Assembly (NCBI RefSeq): GCF_026571515.1
Contig: NW_026852306.1
Span: forward strand, 62,001 to 126,000
Direction of reading: 5' to 3'
From: Ruditapes philippinarum
Lineage: Eukaryota
Length of the DNA stretch: 64,000 nt
Shown: in pieces, positions 35,889 through 45,624 of the stretch
How the letters are laid out: each line of letters begins with the position of its first letter
Position numbering within the stretch: the first letter of the stretch is position 1
Position numbers and translations under genes: made by a program
The notes under the pieces: generated by a model
Database searches by the model: none
Told to the model about the DNA's origin: nothing
Seen by the model: the letters and a program-made list of their open reading frames with translations, nothing else

Positions 35889-37699
35889 CTGAGCTGCTTA
35901 CATAATAAGAATATCAAATGTGAATATATTTGATTGAATAAAGTAACAAATTAAAAATTAATTTTTTGAAAGTTTACTAAACATACAGTTACACCTCTGA
36001 TAAAGCCAACGATCAAATAGAGACCGTAAAATATTAAACTGTCTCTTTTATTTTCCCATTTAAATAATTATACAATGAGCTACTTGACCAATCAACAAAA
36101 GCCGTTAATTTGATTTCCAAATGCAAATGTGTAAATTAAATGATTAAGTATAGAACTATTGATATAATACCTGGTGCACCTGTAACGCAGTAAATGTAAA
36201 ACTTGTGCAGTAATTATGCAAAAAGAAAAGTGCAATCCATGGAAGAACATACCATGGTATGTAAACGGGCCGATATATTATATTGTATATCAAACCGAAA
36301 TAATATGGCTAATAAGGCCTTTTCACATCCTGCTGTACGGATATACAGTGCACAGCTATATAATTACAGAACAGAACAGCAGAACATTCCCTGATAAATT
36401 AAAAGTCACTGCATAGATGCGCAATATATGAATAAATGAATATAAAACCTTAACATATCGCATTTATTTTTCTGTAAAATGCGTTTTATAATTATGTTAT
36501 CAAAATTTGCCAAGTGATACTCGGCATTTCCTGTCTTTCTCATTCAGTGCTTACAGCACTTTGATTTATTTAAAGTTAAAGTATTTACACCACAAACACC
36601 AGTGCAGCTGTCAATTCCTTTTGGAATGAGAATTGCAATTTGGAAATCGTTTAAAATTTGGGAATTTATAAACAAACAAAAAATAGATAAACATTCACTT
36701 TTCAAAATTTAAATAAAATCTACAAATTTCTAAGGGTGAATTTTATTGAAAGCTATTTATCGCTAACAGGTGCATATGGTAAAATAACGCAATTGGTTGG
36801 GTAACAATCATCATTTCCTGATTCTGGGTTGATTTTTTTGGTTAAATTTTAAATTTTCAACATTTTTTTTCAGTTAGGATAAAATATAATCATTTGGCCT
36901 CTAATTCATGGAGGAAACAACAAAGCAAAAAATGGCCTATATTTCATAAAAAAAAAAACATTGTAAATGCAAACTCGAATGTTATAACCACTTTATTGAA
37001 CTTAATACTCATTGGCATAACATTCATTATTTTGTTCTAAAAAAAGAAATAAGCTGGGTACACAAAATAACTGCGCAACATCAATATATAATAGAAAATG
37101 AAAATCAAATATGAAAATATAATGTTTAAATAAGTGAAATCATAGACACAACAAAATTATATCACATTTAATTTGGCACCACTAAACGTTATACACAGTC
37201 GCATAAATAAATGCATAAGTATAAATATTTAATCATAATTATGTGATATAATACAATAAATAGAGCATATTAAAGTTTCTTCTATAAATATAGGATTTAT
37301 TTTCATTGAGTGGTATGAAAATAAATATGATAATTTTCATACCACAAGATGAAAGTAAATCCTGTATTAACTTTTGTCTTTTTTAATCTTATGAATAGGA
37401 AGAATTCCTTTTAATTTTGTGTACTGGTTGACAGAAGTCTGGCAAGACAACATTCAAAATACAGAAAAAATGTTTCACAGTAGTGAAAAATTAACTTTTA
37501 CAATGAAAATACGGAAAATAAAAATACACATTTTATAAAATTTTCATTTCATCAATATTTCTCAATATTTCTTTTAAGTATAAAAAATAAAGATAAATAA
37601 CTTTAAAAGAAAATGATATGTTTCAGTAGTTAATTTTGATTAAAATTTTACAAGTGCAAAAATATGTTTGATAAGTACAAAATTATAGAAATTTTAAGG

Positions 37700-38012
37700 T
37701 TAATGTGACACCGTTTTACAAATTATAAGCTTAATTTGACATAATTATACAGATTATTATTCAGCTTAAGTTAACATGACTCACAAAATACAAGATTAAT
37801 TTCACACCATTTCACAAATTGTGAGCTTAATTTGACACAACTGTACAAAAAATAAGCTTAGTTCACACCATCGTACAAATTATTATTAAGCTTTATTTGA
37901 CACAACTCAATTGCAAAAAATGTAAGCTTAATTTCACACCATTTTACAAATCATGAGCTTAATTTGACACCATTGTACAAAATGAATGCTTAATTCAACA
38001 CAATTATACAAA
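37700..38012. repeat. Minisatellite, ~31-bp unit (gcttaatttgacacaattgtacaaa-like), about 9-10 diverged copies
   Basis: Recurrent (a)gcttaattt(g/c)acac(a/c)...tacaaa motif. Confidence 0.85.
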
Positions 38013-38657
38013 CTTTTAATTTTAAGATTACCTGTAACTTGTGTTTTGCACTCACTTAGCTATAAAACTCAAAAATCTATGTTGCTAATTTAAGATAAGT
38101 AATTTAATTAATTTCATGCAGCTTGCAAATAACATAATTAATCAAACTGTGCCAATTTGCAGATTGGCCATGCTTTAAAATATAGGTAATCCATTACCAC
38201 CAACTAGTTTTACCAAAGAATTATAATGATTTGTGAAATATGATAACTTATTTTCAATTTTGAGGTCTGAATAAACTTATTATGATGATATATGACGTTT
38301 TGAAACAGAGTTATGCACTTAACTGCAGTTAATGTAGTTATGTGTAAAACATTTTACTGTCATTGTAGTTATGCACAAAACTAAAATTATTGTATATGTT
38401 AACAAAACTACAGTTATTGTAGTTATTCACCAAACAACAGTTATTGATTTTGAGTTATTCGATTTAATCACAGACCTGGCTAGCTTAAAAACATAACTCC
38501 TATTTCCTTTAACCATTTGGCTTCCGCATTAACATGACTTATTGTTTGATGCAATACATGTACTTTAATTTTTTTCTGTGATCTTGACCATGTACTAATT
38601 ATTAAAATAAAAGAGACTTAGTCAATGGACGGATGAAAGAATTATGATATTATTCTC

Positions 38658-40561
38658 CTATTCTTTTGACAGACCTAGTGTTTTTTCATACTCTTTAAGC
38701 TGTTCAACAAAACCTGCATTAGGTCGAGCCGATGGTCGTTTACTTTTCACATACGAAAAGGCATCTTCGTATGTCATTTTTTCCGTTCTCATAAGATATC
38801 CGGTTGTGAACGTAGATGCCCTACTAACACCGGCATTACAGTGTAGGAACACGCAACCACTTTGTCTACCTTCGTCAATGAACTTGAAAGTGTCATCGAA
38901 ATAGCTAAGAACTTTTGTATCAGGTGTGTCATTGACCTTGACATTCAGGTATTTGAGTTTGTCTGGGAAATAGTTTTTCACATACGTTCCTATGTTGACG
39001 ATGTGCGTAACTCCATATCTAGCAAGAATATCCCACTCGGCAGCCACATCTTGTGAGCCTGTAAAAAAAGACAAATAAAGCTATCTTTATAAAGAATTTA
39101 AGAGTTGGAATTAAACATTTTAAAAAGTACATACATTGATTTGGCCCTTTCAAGTCCATAAATCTACAAGCCAGTTCAACAAAGGAAACCAAGATATATT
39201 GGTTGCTTATGATTTGCATAGCCTAGGCAAAAACAAATAAAACAGTAAAACTTACTGAATAAAGATACAGAAATATAATGTCAATGCAAGCTTTGCCATT
39301 TAAAAGGGACATAACTCTATAAAACGTGATGGAACAGATTGAAATTATCTGAAACTCTGAAATACATAATCAAGCACAAATATACTAGTGATACACCTAG
39401 GATTGATCTATTAACGAAAATCCCGAAAATGAATTAAGAAAAATAATGATTTTGCAGTAATATCACATAGACAACCAAATATTAATGACTATTTTCACAT
39501 AGGTCCCTTGCACATGCTCAGGTGAATGATAAATGCATATTCTTTTTTTTCAATGCAATGAAAACACATAAAAGTCATTGAAATTAATCTACTGCTGGAT
39601 TATTTTATTTAAGCACAAACTGACAAACTTGTAGCAACATTTACCAAAACTTAGATTGACCATTAAGATCAAATTAGTTTAATCCCTGAAAACTTGACAT
39701 TGATATCAAGACCTTAAAAGGTCTCAAAAATTTATAACATCTTATCTGTTAAATAAAAATTTTGCCTTATAATTTAATGAAGTAAAAAATAAAATCTTAA
39801 CTTACCAAATATGAGATTGTCTCTGATTTCCCCAACTTGAAAGTCCATTAGGACGTCCGCTACAAACCCATACTGGTCTCGGTTAGTGACCTCTGTTCTG
39901 ATGTTTCCAGAGTCATCCTTATACTCCCGTATAACTCTACCATCCTCTGTTCTTACAGCTGTGTCTGAAATAGAAGATGTACTCTGAAATGGAATATTTA
40001 CTCTTAATCATGTCTGAAATACATGCTTACTCTTAATCGTGTCTGAAATATAGTATTTACTTTTAATGATTAGATGACCTTATGTAATATATTTACTCTA
40101 AATGATATTACAAATGAAATATTTACTCTAAATATTGTCTGAAATAGAATATTTACTCTAAATAATATCTTAAATAGAATATTTATTCTCAATAATGTCT
40201 GAAATAGAGTCTTCCACTTATTTATCTTTTTAAAAATATGACTTTTTTACTCATTAAAAATAACAATTAATAATAATTATTATCATTCTCCATTTTAATT
40301 GTTGTAAATGCAAAGTTTCAGATAATATGAATTATTTGTATGCTTGTTCTTTATAGTAGGTAGTTATTTCAGACAATCACAAGTCATTTTATATGCAAGC
40401 TTTGAAGTTTGCAATTATATAAATACTGGTTATAACTACATGTACTTGCTTAGCAAAAAATATTACTAGCAATATACAATAATGATTTTCATACAGTAAG
40501 TACCTGTTTTGCGCAGCTGTTTCTTGTTAAAACTCTGCAACTGTGACAAGAGACTTGACAT
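38658..40561 (-). CDS. DUSP19: Dual-specificity protein phosphatase 19 orthologue; exons 40561-40504, 39964-39806, 39058-38658; 205 aa
   Basis: MSSLLSQLQSFNKKQLRKTDTAVRTEDGR...YGFVADVLMDFQVGEIRDNLIFGSQDVA...VTHIVN...DTPDT...VFLHCNAGVSRASTF...RPSARPNAGFVEQL. Collinear with vertebrate DUSP19 (GYVQDLSSDLQVG...LLLGSQDAA; HCNAGVSR). Phase-1 GT-AG introns. Confidence 0.93.
39964..40212 (-). repeat. ~30-bp tandem repeat abutting the DUSP19 exon acceptor; units contain TTTCAG|A
   Basis: tctgaaa at 39964, 39983, 40013, 40042, 40138 and 40198, within a gtctgaaatagaatatttactctaaataat-like unit. Confidence 0.9.
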
Positions 40562-40859
40562 ACCTGTTTCTTCTGAAATAATAAAAATACATTTCAAATG
40601 ATTTAATGAATACTTCATGTCACAAAATACATATTCTATCAATGAAATAAGGGATTTTTTTTTTCTTTTGTAGCAAAATTCTTGATTGTGATCATTATGA
40701 TATATTTTGTTTTCCATCAAGTGTATTGAACTTGTACAGCATTTTCATTCTTTCAAGTTAATAAAGTGTTCACTATTTCCCCACCCCCAAATAAAGGGTA
40801 GGGCCACATGTCCTAGTATTAAAATAACATATTTAGTGCAAAGTTGTCCCGATAGTTAA

Positions 40860-41047
40860 GGGGAGCGATGGCCTAGTGGTTAAGGTGTCTGCCTCTCAAC
40901 CCAGAGATCATGGGTTTCGAGCCTTACTCGGGTCACGACCATGTTTCTCCATATGACACCAGTACTGGTTGGTTCTAAGAAGTGGACTCGAAAGTGATTA
41001 ATATAAGTTGCAAGAACTTGTTTCGCATTTGAACTAATAAATAAATA
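40860..41047 (+). mobile_element. tRNA-derived SINE
   Basis: A-box TGGCCTAGTGG, B-box GGTTTCGAGCC, tail agtactggttggttc...ggactcgaaagtgatt...gaactaataaataaata. Confidence 0.8.
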
Positions 41048-41153
41048 TGTTTATACCAATTGTTCCGATTTCTTTTGGTCTGATGAAATTAATTTTGTTC
41101 TGGTAAACTTTCAAAGTTCGCCAGACCAACTGTCTAATAAATATTTCATGTCC

Positions 41154-42397
41154 CAGGGTTCTCGGGGACGCTTATTTCGGCGTCCCGGTACGCATGTTTA
41201 TTGCAGCTGGACGCAAATATTTCAGAGCAAGGATTCCACGTACGCTTAATTTTGCCCGGGGACGCATAAACATTACCGATTGTTTACAACCACAAATACA
41301 CAAATGCGTCAGCGCGTGTCAGTCTATAGGTAGGCGGTCCTATGCACATCGACCCGTGAAGCAATTAGCCAATCAGCGATAACGCTTCCGATCATTATCA
41401 CGCAATAGTGATCAGACTAATGTATACACGCGCTGTACAGTACATGTAATTACCAGATATATCACGAGGTGATAATTTTATATCTTTGATCAACAGTTGA
41501 TTGGAAATTAGCAAATTTTACCGACAAAAGGATAAAATTATCGACTATTTACGCAGCAAGTTTAAAGACTGTTTTCTCAAATTACAATTGAGTGTAATTT
41601 TGAATGATTGTCGAATATTTTCGGCATTATAATGATTGTCGAATATTTTCGGCATTTTCTAGGCACAATTTTGCTTTAGTTTCATTCTTGCAAAAACTTT
41701 CTATAAGAGTATTAAGAATTTAAGATATTGTGCCCAAATGCCAGGTACACATACCCTTTTCTCTATCCGAAAATTGATCCCGAACATCGGCGATTTCACG
41801 TTCGCCAGAAACCCTAAAATTTCGCAAAAATTCTCGGTTTCCAAGCCAAACATGCGAATGAATTGTTTCTTTATTATTGAATCAACATTAAATCTTTAAA
41901 TGTCGATCTTTAATTTGCCCCCTTTTGAAGATATTTGCTAAAATAATCATCGATCGGATGAATCTCTTACACACTGTGTGAATCTGTACACGATTTTCCT
42001 ATTCATTCCGCTAAACGCTGCCTATATACATTTACGTTTTTTTTTTTAACAAATACAAACTTTTTGTCTTAAGAGTGGACTTATTTAACCAGAGAAAAAT
42101 TTGATTTGGTATAAAAGTGAAAAAAAAGAAGATTTCCATGGGTTGATGCATTATAATGAAATAATTTCATAATAAATATTAACAACAAAACAATAATTAT
42201 ACTATGTAGTTCAGAGTTTCTTTTGAATAACTATTTACTTTGGAAGTCTCTTGAACATTCAAAATATCAGCAATGCTATTGTGAACATTGAATGACTAAT
42301 CTGTAAACATATTAATTGCGACGTGCTTTTGGACTCCAACTTTTTCAGGGTTGGGAGTCCATGGACTCCATGTTTTAAAGTCCTAGTGAGAACCCTG
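41154..42397. mobile_element. Non-autonomous DNA transposon, CAGGGTTCTC TIRs, 5-bp TSD (hAT5-like?)
   Basis: CAGGGTTCTC ... GAGAACCCTG flanked by TGTCC at 41149-41153 and 42398-42402. Subterminal ggacgc/ggactcc repeats; no transposase. Confidence 0.85.
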
Positions 42398-43964
42398 TGT
42401 CCTTCGCATTGACTGGAATATTGAAGGATTTTGACCTCCTGATTATAAGGTAATAGGTTGTCTCCAAAGCTGGGATAACCATCATTTGTATAGATTCTAA
42501 TCTCTATGATCGTATGAAGAAATGATAATAGATAAATTTGATTTAATCAGAGACAAAGATAACAGAGATGTGTGCTTGCTAAACTTAAAACTTTTAGCAA
42601 GTAAAACTTATTAACCAGATATCAAAATCAGTAAATTAATACATTTTCTAAAAGCTTATAAATTTGTCTATGGCTGCAGGTAAAAATATTTACAGTTCTC
42701 ATTTAAATAAATGATCCATCAATTTTTAAAGAGAACTACTTAATTATTTTTGTTACAAAACTATTCATATGACAGAAAAACTGACTCAGTGGGTATGTTC
42801 TGCTAAGTTTTTCTAAGTGAAAGGCATGGAAAGTTACAAGTACCAATATTTTAACATGCAGCCATAGATAAAAGATAAATTTAACTTTCAAATGGAGTAT
42901 AATATAAAAGTATCAAATGTACATCCATTAAGTTTAACTTGCTACAAAATGCCTATTTTTTCACTTTTTGACAGGCATGAGTGATATTTCAATGGTGTAT
43001 ATAGGTGCTGCTTATCTCTATTATCTACATCTCTGATTTAATAGTGAATATTATCGTGGACTAACCAGTTCTCAAACCTCTAAGCATTCCAGAGGTCTTT
43101 TAGTATAAATAAAAATATATCTTTATAAAAATTCTTTACATATGTACACTTTAATCTCCATGTAATATTTCTCTAAATTTTCACTGAAATTCAACTATTA
43201 AAAAAGCGCTTTATCCATCTTGGAAAAGCACAACCCTCTTTTTTAAAACTGACATGGCTTCTGAAAATAAAGAACCTATTCTCAAACCCCTTCAAGTATC
43301 TCTAAATTTTCACTGTTTAGTTTAGCCAATGAAGTGATTGTTATATGACTATCACATGACAATAAAGTGCCCTACAGGATGCAGGTGTCTGCTTTAAGAT
43401 ATTTTTGTTTCTAATATTCATTTTCACAAATAGTTAATGGTGTATAAACGGGACTTACAAAAGTAATAGCAATTTGTATGAAATTACGCTAAGTAATGAA
43501 ATATGTAATGTAAATATTTGTTCCTTTGCACTGTTTTCATTTGACATCAGCAGACATGTCTGTCAGAAACTAAGCTTTTATGCACTCAATTTCAGGACAT
43601 CATAGTCACTTCTAGTAAAAAAATAACAGCACATGAATGAAAGGTTTGAGAATAGGTTGGGTGTGAGATTAGGTACTTATACGATAATACATTAAAAATA
43701 CCTGCTCAAATTGGTCTTGTATAACCTCTTCTTCAATCTTTGTATGGACTGCTCAGATTATTAACAGAGAAACCGTATTAATAGCTATGAAACAGAAATG
43801 AAATATGTTAAAATTATGTGAGATAATTACTATTTTTAGAAATGAAAAGCATAGTCTTGTAGAAATTTTCTTCGTAAGACAACTATAAGAGTTGTCGAAT
43901 GAAAAATGTAGTTATCACAAAGTTGTGATTTATTTTATGATTAAAACAGATGAATACAAGGCCC

Positions 43965-44441
43965 TGTGATAAATATGATTCTTAATCTAACCTGCCGTTC
44001 TACCTTTTTGTTTGCATACTTGTATTTGTATTTGTTTAATTTCAACGATACAAATGGGGTAGATAATAAAAGGGAAGTAACTTTGCAAAATTATTGGTTA
44101 TATTCCGTACTGTACCGTATCAATCCGTGCATAGATTGATTTTGGATGTCCGAGGCGCAGATGGTCTCAACCCGGTACGGAATTAGACCCAACCCGTTGT
44201 AGTCTAGAAAGTAGTTCTTTAAAATTTTGAAGTGGCCCAATTTAAGTCATCTCTAGTTAGATTGGTCATAATTAAAGTGTATTTATTGCATGTGTGTAGT
44301 TTTTGTGTGTTATATGATGTGTTTAAAAGTTGTTTTTTGTGTATTCTCCAGGAACTCATTTGTTGGCGGAAGGATTAAAGATGTACCACCCACCAGCAGT
44401 CAGGAGTTTTCAAAGTGGTGAATTTAAACTGTGTTACAACA
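43965..44441 (+). mobile_element. Possible LTR or LTR-element remnant
   Basis: Begins TGTGAT, ends GTGTTACAACA, contains ATTAAA signals and is less AT-rich than the flanks. No TSD or second LTR found. Confidence 0.25.
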
Positions 44442-45624
44442 GAGTGAAGATTTCTGAAAAAAGTAGATGGCTAACCTATTATATTTTGGGCCTCATTTGA
44501 CTTAAGTAGTGTTGATGTTTAAAGTTGAAGACAGTATATAATTCATCAAGAACAGTGGAATCCAGAATTAAGCCTCAAATGTGACTGATTTACTATAGAA
44601 CAAAGAACACGAAAATTCACCAGGCCGTCACCAGATCAAGATGAATACAAATGTACGTATTATATATAGATGATACTTAGATAAGAAATACATGTTTTTC
44701 ACCGACTGCTTTCCATCACTTTGATTGATCTTGATGAGGGATGCTGGATATGGATGGGGAAAAAATTAATTTTCAAAACGAGAATTTTTAAATAATCTAT
44801 ACATAATATATGCAAAAATATTCAAATGAAGCTGATTTATATATACAAACTGATAAAGTATTATTTTAATGCGTTTACATCCGTGTTTATTAATCAATTT
44901 TATAAAAAAAAATACTCACAACATTAATGTTGTAGACATGTTGAAATATTTGATATAAAGACAAAATTATTTAAATATTTAATTTCATTGAGGAATTTAA
45001 TTCTGAAAATTATTTTCTTTTTGTTTAATTGTAGCCATTTTGTTCTTGCGTGACAATATCCAGTTTGTCATTAAATAAAACGTAATTAAACCAGTTCTGT
45101 AGTAAATTATAAAAAGCTTTTATTTTTGATTTCCCATCAAATACAATATATGTATATATGAACATTCACTCACATGGACAACAATTATAATCAACTATAA
45201 AACACGTATAAATATAACTGTACAGAAATTATAAAAGCAAAGTAAAGTTATTAAAATAAGTTCACTTCAAACACACACAACAGTCAAAAAAAACTGATAA
45301 AACTATGCAGCACTCGATATACTCCACACTTAGACTTTCTATAGTTTGCAAACAACCTTAAAAGAAACTTTGATCTCATAGACCCTTAAACCGTGTTGAA
45401 TTACTTAATCACGTAATGCAAGTGTATGTTTCTCTGTATTGGTAATAATGTTAATGTTCGCTTGGAACGATTAATAATTTTATCAAATTGGAAGACATTT
45501 TGACCAATGTTTAGGTTAGATTTATTTCATTTAAAGAAAAGATATAAAAAAAATCTGCTTCTATGCGATATTTGATGAAGACAGCGATGGATATACAGGA
45601 TGGCATGGAAAGACCGAGATCATT

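Noticed and set aside
40860-40935. tRNA gene
   Set aside because: A/B boxes are present but there is no acceptor-stem pairing and it continues into a SINE body and tail; same for 33830-33905.
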